Positions 46,201 through 57,500 are shown, numbered from the stretch's first letter. The stretch: 64,000 bases of DNA from Yuukianura sp. NJ FZ-2021 (GCA_046563655.1 JAJCTO010000010.1:806001-870000), one strand, 5' to 3'. Program-made: numbers and translations. The notes: generated by a model from the sequence alone, not told the origin.

Positions 46201-46890
46201 TCGAATCATTCCTTTTTGAAGTAACTTTTCGATTTCTTGATTCATAATTTCTCTCACATTTGGTGAGTATGAGTAAGGTGCAACAGCAATTGGTCTGCCT
46301 TGAGTTTCGATCTGATGACATCCGAAGCTTGTTCGTCCATAATTTCCATCCGGTCTTGCGACATCAGGGAATTTTTTGAGTACCTCTAGTACTTTTGCCT
46401 CTCTCGGATCTACTTTTTCATTTTCTTGAGGATTTTCAGTTGTAACTGTCAGCGCTACTATTTTTGCATCTCGTTCTGGAGAAAATTTGGTTTTGAATAT
46501 TTCGTTTGGTCTGGACTTGAACCAAAATTGATCTGTAGAAACATCAATGATGATCTGGTACTTGTGCATGACATCACGACCAATGATTAAAGGAAATGGA
46601 AGTGTCTGCATCACAAAAGCTTTGACATGGATGAATGTTCCTCCAAATTTGAGTTGAAGATTGATTTTTCCTAATGGCTTCAATTTTGAATTGTCAGCAA
46701 TGGTAAGTTGAAGTGAACACGGTTCGAAGTGTTTTTGAATTTTGTGAGCCAAATTTTTGTGAATAAGGGTGTAGTCACTGCCGGAATCGAATAACGCGTG
46801 AATTTCTTCTTGAGAATTTAAGGTTGCGCAAAGAGAACTCAATTTGAGAATTGGGAGTAAATAAGATTGCGCTGTCTTATTCTCCCTCAA
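43183..46890 (-). CDS. pol: Gypsy 2 pol (PR-RT-RNase H-integrase), uninterrupted
   Basis: LFDSGS; YRLCVNY; FMDD; CDAS; HDAPEAGH...CDRC; FDFIGP...SDNA...ERTN; GPY. Confidence 0.97.
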   Translation of the reverse strand: MRENKTAQSYLLPILKLSSLCATLNSQEEIHALFDSGSDYTLIHKNLAHKIQKHFEPCSLQLTIADNSKLKPLGKINLQLKFGGTFIHVKAFVMQTLPFPLIIGRDVMHKYQIIIDVSTDQFWFKSRPNEIFKTKFSPERDAKIVALTVTTENPQENEKVDPREAKVLEVLKKFPDVARPDGNYGRTSFGCHQIETQGRPIAVAPYSYSPNVREIMNQEIEKLLQKGMIRHSTSPYAAPVVMVKKKSGSYRLCVNYIRLNDTMKTNAGPIDNVNSILRTIPMNYVFTVLDLNGGFWQIPMHEDSIEKTAFITQDGHYEFLVMPMGLKNSPKTFQAVMRNVLHGYVDQFVKVFMDDILIYSKNLEEHMKHLELVLERLREANLTIGREKSIFAKNEVPYLGHIASQNGIQKQPSKQDAISNYPPPSNKKELYRFLGMCGWYSSFIKNYSIKAENLYTLLRKGKKWKWDVPQQESFQLLKDAITDTVTLTTLDYSKPLIMQCDASTTGLGAALVQEHEGKERPIMFVSKTLKQSERSAHIYEKELYAIIFSYDKLREFIEDHPFIIETDNRAVRYLKGMKNKKAKLTQWAMEILSWNAKLRFRKGCENVVADALSRASVPEGPDDPDMFQDRETLYLPSFLLVYCTPTIDEIAQEQRKDENLSKIIDQLQNSSVPRPRCLKSYKMDRNTLFIKIKPFKGMTTNPGMDPKLTNTTEKRNSACHIPLCLRPDCNHLKTAARTDTSAENLDLEGQKTTKLQAKNLEDYYVPVIPKQITQRILQIFHDAPEAGHLGRTKTLERIKQRCYWNNMNKEIATYVKSCDRCQRSKANNHKPFGLLQLAEPAKAVFSTIHFDFIGPLPTSAGGKQSKHLLVVLDELSKWIELFPVTEITAKKVADILENQIFCRYGTPKRILSDNATYFDSNILKNLCSEWNIQHKFISPYHAQANHSERTNRNIKAMLQAYLESSHHKWEENIQKFALALRTVMNETTKVSPALLNLGREIQLPFDRNLALEEPELSSEELKQTPRLVQELVQFVRENIHKAHEKNKIQYDKSRIQDNFKKGDSVLIKSHVQSDKESGFMEKLAPRWQGPYELGERLSNVTFDILQTVDKQSIGKRHVSQIKHYVSRQQTNINALDEPSTSDKSPTVNSNDLQSEIGNQRNLRQKSRINCRTLAGFKNKALVVKFEDKYENLFDFQEYYDACEPLEVELNIKDQKKLLKSSILLITDEFQSRSKC

Positions 46891-48467
46891 TAGTTTAAAT
46901 TTTGAGATGAGTTGTGCTCCTGTCCCTCTAGGACTTGAAATTCTTTTTGTTCACTTTCTCCAGTGAATAGAACAAGCGGTTTCTTGTTTCCGCATTCATT
47001 AGCCCAATGCCCATAACCTTGGCACTTTGGGCATTTCCCAGGGGGATCATTCTGCGATTTGGAACTCGGTCCTGGCTGTTGATTGTCATTGCTTCTTCCC
47101 TCTTCGGGATTTCGATTTTGGGAATTCCCATATCCTTGGTTTTGATAACCGCGTTTGTAACCTCGACGAAATGGTCTGGAAGAATTGTATCCACGATTGG
47201 AGTACTGACCCACATATCCTTCATCTTGCGATCCGGAATTTTGTCCAAAACGGTAATTTGGATTGTAGTTTCTGCCTTTGTAATTTGGGTTTTGTCCATT
47301 GTTCTGGTAACGTCCGTGTCCTTGTACACGTCGGTAAAATCCTCTAGATCTTCCTCTGCGATTTGAAAACCCTCTAGTTTGAGATTGATTCTCTTCCTGC
47401 GTTTCTTTTTGTTGATTTGTTTCGGAATTGTAAACGACTCTCGAGTCTTGTTGATAATTCTGAGCATTGTTGTATCCTCTGCCGCGGTAATTCTGGTACG
47501 GGCGGGATTGAAATCTCTGCGAAAAGTTTCCTCGCTGATTGTTGGTTGTGTTCTGGAGACTGAGTGCCACAAGTGGAGGTAAAGCGTCATAAATTCTGCG
47601 ACTTTTGTCCTCTGCCGTGAGATTTTCATGTGCAACTCGACAAGCTGCAAACAATTCTTGTGGAGTCTCGAACTCTCTTTCCCCAAGTGGGGTTCTGAGT
47701 CTTGGAAACAATGAAGCTTTGACTCTTTTGATCATTTGTTTTAGTGTTTCATTTGGAAAACACAACTTTGCTAATCGTAGCATTTCATAGATGTACGTCT
47801 CCGTAGGATCTTTAAAATGTTGAACTCTGTTCGTGAAATATTTGATTCGATTTCTCTGTTCATCCTCTCCATCGTAGCGTTCGATGAAAGTTTTCTCAAA
47901 TTCTTCCCAGTCCTTTGTTTCAGAATGGACATGTTGCCACCAAGCGTGACTTTCCTCTGGAAGAACAGTTTTGACTAAATATAGCCATTGTTGAGGTGCG
48001 TGACCTTGCGTAGTGAAGAAACGTTCAACGTCTTTGAGAAATGATTCTGCGGTATGTCGCTTTGGATTAAACTTTGGAAGTGGCAGTTGAGAATTAACTG
48101 CTGTAACACGAACATTTTTGAGAGCTTCAGCCAAGGCTTCCGTCGTAACGAAGCTTGAAGTCGGAGAGGCTGGTGAATGTGAAGTTGAAATTTGTAAGCT
48201 TTTGGGCCGCTGTGATGAAGTTGATTGAATTGGGATTGATCCAATTTGTTGTTGACCCAGTTGTTGTTGATCATTTGTCTGAGCTAATTGTTGCTGTTGA
48301 ACAGCTTTTCTTTGAGCTTCTGCTGTCTGTCTGGTCCTTTCAGCTTCATTAATAGCTGCTGCATATAACTGGGTAAGAGCTGCCATCTGTCGGTCATTGA
48401 ATGGATAATCTGCTTCTTCTTCTTCTTCTTGGTTTGATCTGTCAATCATTTGTTGATCCAAATTCAA
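46887..48467 (-). CDS. gag: Gypsy 2 gag
   Basis: LPKFN...FLKDVERFF...WW...WEEFEKTFIERY capsid-like region; RG-rich region; CPKCQGYGHWANEC knuckle. Confidence 0.9.
   Translation of the reverse strand: MNLDQQMIDRSNQEEEEEADYPFNDRQMAALTQLYAAAINEAERTRQTAEAQRKAVQQQQLAQTNDQQQLGQQQIGSIPIQSTSSQRPKSLQISTSHSPASPTSSFVTTEALAEALKNVRVTAVNSQLPLPKFNPKRHTAESFLKDVERFFTTQGHAPQQWLYLVKTVLPEESHAWWQHVHSETKDWEEFEKTFIERYDGEDEQRNRIKYFTNRVQHFKDPTETYIYEMLRLAKLCFPNETLKQMIKRVKASLFPRLRTPLGEREFETPQELFAACRVAHENLTAEDKSRRIYDALPPLVALSLQNTTNNQRGNFSQRFQSRPYQNYRGRGYNNAQNYQQDSRVVYNSETNQQKETQEENQSQTRGFSNRRGRSRGFYRRVQGHGRYQNNGQNPNYKGRNYNPNYRFGQNSGSQDEGYVGQYSNRGYNSSRPFRRGYKRGYQNQGYGNSQNRNPEEGRSNDNQQPGPSSKSQNDPPGKCPKCQGYGHWANECGNKKPLVLFTGESEQKEFQVLEGQEHNSSQNLNY
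46893..46899 (-). promoter_or_regulatory. Probable -1 frameshift site U_UUA_AAC
   Basis: gag ends aat tta aac tat tga. The -1 frame reads cta ttg agg gag into pol. Confidence 0.75.
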
Positions 48468-50068
48468 ATTCGGCTCGAAATTTTGATTTTCCGGCGTAGA
48501 ATGTGCGGTACTTGCTGAGCTTCCAGCTTCCTCTTACCATTGACCCTCTAGGTCTGACATTGCTGTAGTTGATTTGCGAATTATTCGTCCACTTCGAGTT
48601 TTACTTGGTCCAAATGTTGGAGTTGGAATTTTTGTTTGCGTAGGTTTTTTGCTCATTAAGCACTTTTCAGAATCCTTCTAGGATTTATCGTTATGAAGTT
48701 TGATTTTTAATTTAAAATTGTTCAATTTAACAATTAACTTGTTTTAAAAACTTTAATTTTTAACGAAAATCCAATTTTTTCTTTGCTACACGAAGTTTGT
48801 CAATTGATTTGTAAAATATTTAAATCGTTAACGTGAATTAATTAATTAAAATCTTTACAAATGTGCAAAAGTTCGTTAAAAGTTATTAATTAACAATTTG
48901 TCCCTCTAGGACTGAATTTATTTACTTTACAGTTGAGTCTGAATTAATTTTAAAACAAAACACTCAATGTTTGCACGAAAGTTTGAATTTACAAATTGTT
49001 TTTGTCGAACAGCTGACTTTTGTTTTTGTTTTGATTTGAAATGTCAATTTTTTGCGAAATTGGAATTTGTTTTGTCAATCGGCTGTCTTTTGTTTATGTT
49101 TACATCTCAAATGTCAAATGTCAATTGTCAATTGTCAATTTTTAGTTAGTGCAATTGGAATCTGTATTTCGTATTTTGTTTTGCAGTTTTGCAACTTTTC
49201 AATTGTAATTGTGTAAGTTTTTGACATACGTCAATTTGCTCAATTCTGATTGGCTGTCTTTTACTCTGTGGTGGTATGGTCGGGTGGGAATAGTCTCTTT
49301 CCCCTTCTTCTCGCTTTTTCTTTTTTCCGTTATGGGCGTGGCTTATCAGCAGCCATTTTAGCTTTTTACCAAAAAGACGCTATCTTTTTAGATTTTTTGA
49401 AAAATCGGGCAGCACCCGTGCCCCAATTTACAATTTGCACGAAAAATCGCCTTCCAGGCCTTATGTCGTTGACCCCTGACCTTCTGGTCGCTTGAAGGGG
49501 TGATGCTGTGCTGTGGAGATGGAAAAGGAAGAAAAAGACACGAAAGAGCTCTATCTTCCACTTTATGTTTTTAAAAATTTTTTTACAGTTTTAAGAATTT
49601 TAGCCAATTTTAACTTTTTATCTTGCTAAATTTTTAACTTTTTAACCAATTTGAACGTTAATTAGGCGCTTCCCGTCCTTTACTCCGTTTGATGACGGTT
49701 AATTTTTAAGAAAACGAAAGGAAAATGAAAGGAATAGGCGAATCTCCTTGACTTTTCCACACAATTTCACATTTTTTTTAACGTTTGTTAGTTTTACCGT
49801 TGCTTTTTCCTGATCTTGAGGATTGCAGGGTCGTCTCCTTGACAACAGTTCGACACGTGTGCCGGATGGGCTGTATGACCTGTGACCTCTACTGTGGATG
49901 CTGGATGAGATGCTGGATGAGATGGAAGGAGAGAGAAGACCGACAAGACAAGTGAAGCCAATGAGAGCTTTATTCAGACTGAGTGAATGAATGGAATGAA
50001 TGTATGTGCAGTAGCCTATGCTTAGCCTATGAGGGGTGAGATGGGTGCTGTGTATGGGGTGTGCTACA

Positions 50069-50490
50069 ACATTTATGCGCCTGTCCTTGTCGTACCAATC
50101 TTCTTCATCATCTCGTCCGTACCCAAATTCCACTTCCCCCCACATTTCCGTGTTCCAATGATCTGCCTTCATGCCTCCTACCTCCTTTCCATCCGACATC
50201 GAGCCATCTCTCCCGAAAATTTGATACCTCGCTGCCTGGCCAAATATTCCCCGTTTGCTGCGCCAACCACATGTTTAAAATTTGGCAATTTTTTGGGATT
50301 ACTTCCGCTGATTATGTAGCACTTGATAAGATTTTCAACAATGTACGGAACGTCCGTCATTAAAATGTCTGAACGCCAACCAGCTCTTTTGAACGTGACA
50401 GTCTTGGTCCAACCAATTTGATCCGCAGAGTACCAACACCTCAGTCGCATCTTTTCTTGCTCACTTGTAAAATTTTTCTTTGAGGCCATG
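50069..50490 (-). pseudogene. Polinton C accessory gene split by Gypsy 2 (3' part at about 40877-41031)
   Basis: Joining across the TSD gives DWYDKDRRINVYSAEDEVSSYHREIDKNG... to a stop at about 40877. One frameshift near 50190. Confidence 0.6.
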
Positions 50491-51788
50491 ATGACAATTG
50501 TTCTGGTTTTTTTTGACGTTACTGTTTCAATAGAAAACAAGAAGACAACTTACTCAACAAACAGTCAAATTACAACTAACCTCACACATACTCAAAGAAA
50601 ATAAAAACAAATACCAACTTTTTTTTCCCCCTACTCACGTTCTGTCATAACCCATCGTCAGGAACCGACTGGGACCGGGCGACGGCGGTGGTGATCCTGT
50701 GTAGGGTTTTTTTTTCAAGACTTTTTTCAATTTTGGATGCGTAAAGGGTACCGCACACCGGACGGCGCCGACTGTCGGCGGTTGTCTGCTCTACTTTTTC
50801 TGTCCACTTTGCTATGGCACACCAGAAAAAGTAGCCGCCGAACTTTTTCTTCCCGTCGAAGAGGAAAGAAAAAGTTCGTCTCACTTTCTTCTTCTCACAC
50901 CGCACACCAGGATTCGGTGTCGGCTCCATTTTTTCTGCAGACAAAAGTGAAACGAAAGTTTTCGGTTCACTTTTGGCGCAGACTATGGCACACCGATTGA
51001 GAAAACTTTCGGCGGCCAAAATTTTGTCTTTCCGGAAAGTTCAAAAAGTTGAACTTTCCGAGCCGAAAATATTCGGCGCCAGTTTTTTGCCTATGGCACA
51101 CTGCACTTTCTGAACAGAAAGTGCAGTTTGTAAACAACGTCAGCTGTTAACGTTAAATTAATATGTTTGGTATCATTCAAAGTGAATGATACCTTTTTTG
51201 TTATAAGAAAACAATTCCTATATACTTAACAGGGTACTGTGTACCCTGTTAAGTTCTAACGTTCACAACAGTACTCAATTTAATGTTTATTAATACTTAG
51301 TCTGTATTAATGAATTAATGCAAGTTTAGCATATGTGGTAGCTGTTTTGCACAAAGGAAAGTTTGTACCTAACCCAAGGAGTGACCCCAGACACATAATA
51401 ACAGTGTAACAGCTACGACATAAGCTTATCTACAATTAATCAGTAACTTAATACTGGTCATTATTATTGACTTAGGAATATGAACTGATTCTCAAGTTCA
51501 TATTTGAAAAAAAGAGAATGGCGCCATTCTGTGTTGACATATTCTGATGACTCCGAATTCCTATGGCAGACCAGCTGAATCGACAAAGTGGAGCAGAAAG
51601 TTAGTCGTACCATTAAGTCCAGTGTGCTGGGTTAAAAGAAAAAGTGGAGCAGAAAAAATGGAGCCACTGCGCCGTCGGCTCCATTTCTTCTTTCGACTTA
51701 TTTTTGGTGTGCCGGGTAGAAAGAACAAGTGGAGCAGAAGCCGCTGGGATTCCAATTGTTCGTTTCACTTTTTTGGTGGACGGTAAGC

Positions 51789-52151
51789 TTAACGCGGAAT
51801 AATGTCTTCTTCTAAACCTATGATGAACTTTGACCGATTTTCCAAATTTTTCATTGTCAATGTCAAATGCAATGAGGGAAGCAACAAAAAAGGAGTGTCG
51901 CACATTTGCAGCTTATATCCAAGTTGAACAATTTCAATCCGCATTTCTTCTTCCTCATCTTTTCGTGCCATAGGTTTTCTTGAAATTCCGCGAATAATTA
52001 GTTGAGTCAAAGCTGGACACATCTTCAAGAGCTGCAGGAGCACTTTCTCGTTAACCCCATTCACAAAATCTGTATACTCCCCAAGATCTGTCAACGAAAC
52101 AAATTCCAAATTTGGTAGAGATGATAACATGGACACAAGTTTGTCACGCAC
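51789..52151 (-). CDS. Leucine-rich-repeat-like exon fragment
   Basis: LSSLPNLEFVSL and LLKMCPALTQLII spacing. Possible acceptor at about 52168. Confidence 0.35.
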   Translation of the reverse strand: MRDKLVSMLSSLPNLEFVSLTDLGEYTDFVNGVNEKVLLQLLKMCPALTQLIIRGISRKPMARKDEEEEMRIEIVQLGYKLQMCDTPFLLLPSLHLTLTMKNLENRSKFIIGLEEDIIPR

Positions 52152-52612
52152 GTTGTCAGTACGAATTCTAAAAAATGGAAATGAACTTTAGTCCATTTTC
52201 CTTATTCAAATTGACAGTGGACTATTCATTTGTACATAATTATTTTTTTTAGAGTCAAGGACATTGGCTCTAATAAACTGTGGAAGTTCACAGTTGAAAT
52301 GTAAATTAAAAATTAACTTCTGTTGGTTAGCAGAAGAATTCATAGTTATTAAAAAAGTGAAGTCGATGTTGTTCGGCTTCACCTCAAGGTCAGTATCGTT
52401 GACCTAAGGAAGGAAAGAAGCTTCATTACGGAAGGGGATTTCAAGGATTGTTGTGTTCATCAATGGCCATGGTGTTACGATTATCAGATGTCCATAGTTC
52501 CTGTAATGAAGAACGAAGCAGCAGAAAGGTACACTGCGGTGACCTAGTAGTCGAGGGCGTGGCCTTGATACGTCACTGAGTCACGTCTCTCAGGCTCCCG
52601 TGCGCGAGCTTT

Positions 52613-53090
52613 CATGTTACCAGTTCCGAGGAATTCGGCTTAACATAATCTACAGCTGCATCGTAGGAGGAACATGTTACCAGTTTTTACGAACGCGGTT
52701 CAACAGTTACTCAATTTCATAAAAAGTCGCAGTGGCGGCTTCCTTCAAAAATTCGACATACAAACGGAGGACATGTTACCAGTTCCGAGGAATTCGGTTC
52801 AACATAATCTACAGCTGCATCGTAGGAGGAACATGTTACCAGTTTTTACGAACGCGGTTCAACAGTTACTCAAACAAAGTCGCAGTGGCGGCTTCCTTCA
52901 AAAATTCTACGTACAACGGAGGAAATGTTACCAGTTTTCACGAACGCGGTTCAACACTACTCAAGAAATTCATAAAAAGTCGCAGTGGCGGCTTCCTTCA
53001 AGATTTCAGTCATTTTTGGGAATGAGAGATCATATGAGAACATGTTACCAGTTTGCCAGAACGCGGTTCAACAGTTACTCACAAATTCAA
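52613..53090. repeat. Complex tandem repeat of a catgttaccagtt...cggttcaaca module (about 6 copies, ~159-bp superunit)
   Basis: Motif at about 52613, 52673, 52772, 52832, 52925 and 53041. Confidence 0.8.
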
Positions 53091-53367
53091 GCATTATCAA
53101 AAAAGCCAAAGTTTTGGCTAAAATTCAAAATTAGTATAAGTTCAAGTCAGAACTTATCATCAAAAAACTACTTTCGGATCGAGAGGACATTCCGATGGAG
53201 ATTGGACGTTGCTGTGGTGACATTGGGATTCGGATGGAGCAATTCAGAGGACATCTACTGGTGGGAGAAGCAGAGGACCGTCATTTCCAAGTCCGCTTTC
53301 CAGAGGTCAAGGTCATGGAGAAGTTCGCCGAGGATAGCCCCGCCAAACTTCTCTTCAGGCAGGAAGA

Positions 53368-53710
53368 TGTAGCGGCCTTGTCCCTTTCCCCCAGTTTCCC
53401 CCCATTCGTCATTGGTTAGTTAGTTAGTTGGGAGGAGTTAGCTTTTCGTTTCTCTGCTGACACAGACTGCGATCTGTGTCGAGCAGTTCAGTTCAGTTAG
53501 TTGAGGCAGTCTTCGTTTTGCTTTCTGCGAGTTAGCATTGTTGGCCAAGAGCCAGGTTGTTTTGTGGAGTCAATAAACTCCACAACCATCACTACGTTCG
53601 TTTGTTGTTTCGTTTATTGTCTTTCGTTTCCTGGAGCTCGGGCCTTCAGCCCCGGAGAGTAGTCTGGTTTTTTGGAGCGTTTTCTGGTGTTCAGTAGCCG
53701 TAGTGCTACA
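53368..53710 (+). mobile_element. 3' LTR (343 bp) with PPT, abutting the 705-bp array
   Basis: Termini tgtagc...gctaca. Purine tract aggcaggaaga upstream. AATAAA at about 53572. Confidence 0.65.
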
Positions 53711-54152
53711 AAACGTTCGTTAAAACCATATTTCAGAAGGTTGGATAAACCATACGTTACTCCGTTTTTATTATGCACCCCTCCAACACCAGAAAAATTA
53801 CAACTGACTCTCAAATCATAATGTGTTTTCAACCGAACCCGCAAATGTACCTGTTTTATTGCGTTCAAACCCACTTTGCAGAAAGTTGGTATCTCGACAA
53901 GTTACCAGCACAATTGCATGCCTGTATTTACTCAACCACAGCAGAAATAGTTTATGCTACAGGATGAGGCGACCCTCATTGATTATGAAATTTAGTGAAA
54001 TATTCAGTTTCAATAAAGCTACTTGGTTTCGGGGGCGTGTGACTGCTCTTGTGGCGTTTGGGAACAGTCCCACTCCCAACCGCCAAGGATAGAGGTGTAT
54101 GGAATGGACAGTGCCTGTTATGGTAGCCTTCCGATTCTATCCTGTGCAGATT

Positions 54153-54227
54153 GTGACTCGATAGCTTAAGGGTTAGAGCTGTCTCCCCGGATTGGAGAAG
54201 GCGTGGGTTCGAATCCCACTCGGTCAC
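54153..54227 (+). ncRNA. tRNA-like Pol III unit in TRIM LTR1
   Basis: Acceptor gtgac(t)cga/tcggtcac; A-box tagcttaaggg; stem tctcc/ggaga with 7-nt loop; T-arm gtggg-ttcgaat-cccac; T6 run downstream. Confidence 0.75.
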
Positions 54228-54440
54228 TTATTTTTTCTGCACTGTCATCGTGTGTCTCTCAAGCAATGTGAGCCCTGATCCCTCACATATGGTGCCGAAA
54301 GCCGGGAAGGCAGTGAGGGGGCTTGAGGGGCGGGTGATGTGGCGTTTGGGAACAGTCCCACTCCCAACCGCCAAGGATAGAGGTGTATGGAATGGACAGT
54401 GCCTGTTATGGTAGCCTTCCGATTCTATCCTGTGCAGATT

Positions 54441-54515
54441 GTGACTCGATAGCTTAAGGGTTAGAGCTGTCTCCCCGGATTGGAGAAGGCGTGGGTTCGA
54501 ATCCCACTCGGTCAC
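54441..54515 (+). ncRNA. tRNA-like Pol III unit in TRIM LTR2
   Basis: Copy of 54153-54227, offset by 288 bp. Confidence 0.75.
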
Positions 54516-57500
54516 TTATTTTTTCTGCACTGTCATCGTGTGTCTCTCAAGCTATGTGAGCCCTGATCCCTCACACTCAAAGTTAACAAAACGAGCTGCA
54601 CTCTGTCTGGATCTTGTACGCGTTCCGGTGTCGATTTGTTGAGATAGCTTTTGTGTAGCAGGTATTCGCCTCAAGGAATTATAAACCACTCTAAAACCCA
54701 ATAGTAACTACCCTGGTTAGAAACCGCGCAATGCCATCACTGACAACAGCTAATGGATATTCAAGAGGAAATAAGTAAAAGTTTGAACGATATTTGAAAC
54801 TACGAAGTCGGTTGCTTGATATAGTTCCAAGTTTGGTAACTTATAAATGGTTTCTTGCAGCAAATTTTGTACGATTTGTATTTCCCAATAGCGTATTAGG
54901 CAAACTTTGAACCCAGGTATTTAAGATCGCCGCTCCGATGCGATGAAACGTTCGTTAAAACCATATTTCAGAAGGTTGGATAAACCGTACGTTACTCCGT
55001 TTTTATTATGCACCCCTCCAACACCAGAAAAATTACAACTGACTCTCAAATCATAATGTGTTTTCAACCGAACCTGCAAATGTACCTGTTTTATTGCGTT
55101 CAAACCCACTTTGCAGAAAGTTGGTATCTCGACAAGTTACCAGCACAATTGCATGCCTGTATTTACTCAACCACAGCAGAAATAGTTTCTGCTACAGGAT
55201 GAGGCGACCCTCATTGATTATGAAATTTAGTGAAATATTCAGTTTCAATAAAGCTACTTGGTTTCGGGGGCGTGTGACTGCTCTAAGTTAACAAAACGAG
55301 CTGCACTCTGTCTGGATCTTGTACGCGTTCCGGTGTCGATTTGTTGAGATAGCTTTTGTGTAGCAGGTATTCGCCTCAAGGAATTATAAACCACTCTAAA
55401 ACCCAATAGTAACTAGCCTGGTTAGAAACCGCGCAATGCCATCACTGACAACAGCTAATGGATATTCAAGAGGAAATAAGTAAAAGTTTGAACGATATTT
55501 GAAACTACGAAGTCGGTTGCTTGATATAGTTCCAAGTTTGGTAACTTATAAATGGTTTCTTGCAGCAAATTTTGTACGATTTGTATTTCCCAATAGCGTA
55601 TTAGGCAAACTTTGAACCCAGGTATTTAAGATCGCCGCTCCGATGCGATGAAACGTTCGTTAAAACCATATTTCAGAAGGTTGGATAAACCGTACGTTAC
55701 TCCGTTTTTATTATGCACCCCTCCAACACCAGAAAAATTACAACTGACTCTCAAATCATAATGTGTTTTCAACCGAACCTGCAAATGTACCTGTTTTATT
55801 GCGTTCAAACCCACTTTGCAGAAAGTTGGTATCTCGACAAGTTACCAGCACAATTGCATGCCTGTATTTACTCAACCACAGCAGAAATAGTTTATGCTAC
55901 AGGATGAGGCGACCCTCATTGATTATGAAATTTAGTGAAATATTCAGTTTCAATAAAGCTACTTGGTTTCGGGGGCGTGTGACTGCTCTAAGTTAACAAA
56001 ACGAGCTGCACTCTGTCTGGATCTTGTACGCGTTCCGGTGTCGATTTGTTGAGATAGCTTTTGTGTAGCAGGTATTCGCCTCAAGGAATTATAAACCACT
56101 CTAAAACCCAATAGTAACTAGCCTGGTTAGAAACCGCGCAATGCCATCACTGACAACAGCTAATGGATATTCAAGAGGAAATAAGTAAAAGTTTGAACGA
56201 TATTTGAAACTACGAGGTCGGTTGCTTGATATAGTTCCAAGTTTGGTAACTTATAAATGGTTTCTTGCAGCAAATTTTGTACGATTTGTATTTCCCAATA
56301 GCGTATTAGGCAAACTTTGAACCCAGGTATTTAAGATCGCCGCTCCGATGCGATGAAACGTTCGTTAAAACCATATTTCAGAAGGTTGGATAAACCATAC
56401 GTTACTCCGTTTTTATTATGCACCCCGCCAACACCAGAAAAATTACAACTGACTCTCAAATCATAATGTGTTTTCAACCGAACCCGCAAATGTACCTGTT
56501 TTATTGCGTTCAAACCCACTTTGCAGAAAGTTGGTATCTCGACAAGTTACCAGCACAATTGCATGCCTGTATTTACTCAACCACAGCAGAAATAGTTTAT
56601 GCTACAGGATGAGGCGACCCTCATTGATTATGAAATTTAGTGAAATATTCAGTTTCAATAAAGCTACTTGGTTTCGGGGGCGTGTGACTGCTCTAAGTTA
56701 ACAAAACGAGCTGCACTCTGTCTGGATCTTGTACGCGTTCCGGTGTCGATTTGTTGAGATGGCTTTTGTGTAGCAGGTATTCGCCTCAAGGAATTATAAA
56801 CCACTCTAAAACCCAATAGTAACTAGCCTGGTTAGAAACCGCGCAATGCCATCACTGACAACAGCTAATGGATATTCAAGAGGAAATAAGTAAAAGTTTG
56901 AACGATATTTGAAACTACGAAGTCGGTTGCTTGATATAGTTCCAAGTTTGGTAACTTATAAATGGTTTCTTGCAGCAAATTTTGTACGATTTGTATTTCC
57001 CAATAGCGTATTAGGCAAACTTTGAACCCAGGTATTTAAGATCGCCGCTCCGATGCGATGAAACGTTCGTTAAAACCATATTTCAGAAGGTTGGATAAAC
57101 CATACGTTACTCCGTTTTTATTATGCACCCCTCCAACACCAGAAAAATTACAACTGACTCTCAAATCATAATGTGTTTTCAACCGAACCCGCAAATGTAC
57201 CTGTTTTATTGCGTTCAAACCCACTTTGCAGAAAGTTGGTATCTCGACAAGTTACCAGCACAATTGCATGCCTGTATTTACTCAACCACAGCAGAAATAG
57301 TTTATGCTACAGGATGAGGCGACCCTCATTGATTATGAAATTTAGTGAAATATTCAGTTTCAATAAAGCTACTTGGTTTCGGGGGCGTGTGACTGCTCTA
57401 AGTTAACAAAACGAGCTGCACTCTGTCTGGATCTTGTACGCGTTCCGGTGTCGATTTGTTGAGATGGCTTTTGTGTAGCAGGTATTCGCCTCAAGGAATT

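Larger units (their letters stand above)
41032..50068 (-). mobile_element. Full-length Ty3/Gypsy LTR retrotransposon 2 (9.0 kb) with exonuclease ORF3
   Basis: 211-bp near-identical LTRs 41032-41242 and 49858-50068 (TG...CA). TSD ACAT at 41028-41031 and 50069-50072. Confidence 0.96.
54050..54575 (+). mobile_element. TRIM (526 bp): two 238-bp LTRs and a 50-bp interior
   Basis: LTRs 54050-54287 and 54338-54575 (TG...CA; one difference noticed). PBS TGGTGCCGAAAGCCGGGA (tRNA-Phe-like) and a G-rich PPT. TSD ctct/ctca; empty site gctctaagtt in the other units. Confidence 0.93.

Noticed and set aside
49699..50199. 166-aa ORF (and 41005..41352) as independent genes
   Set aside because: Both read through the Gypsy 2 LTRs; only the part outside the LTR belongs to the interrupted gene.
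52613..53090. CRISPR-like repeat-spacer array
   Set aside because: The intervening segments are themselves repeated, the context is eukaryotic, and no cas genes are present.
54153..54227. Functional tRNA-Ser(GGA) gene
   Set aside because: Bulged acceptor stem, no U33, no long variable arm, and embedded in LTRs; treated as tRNA-derived.
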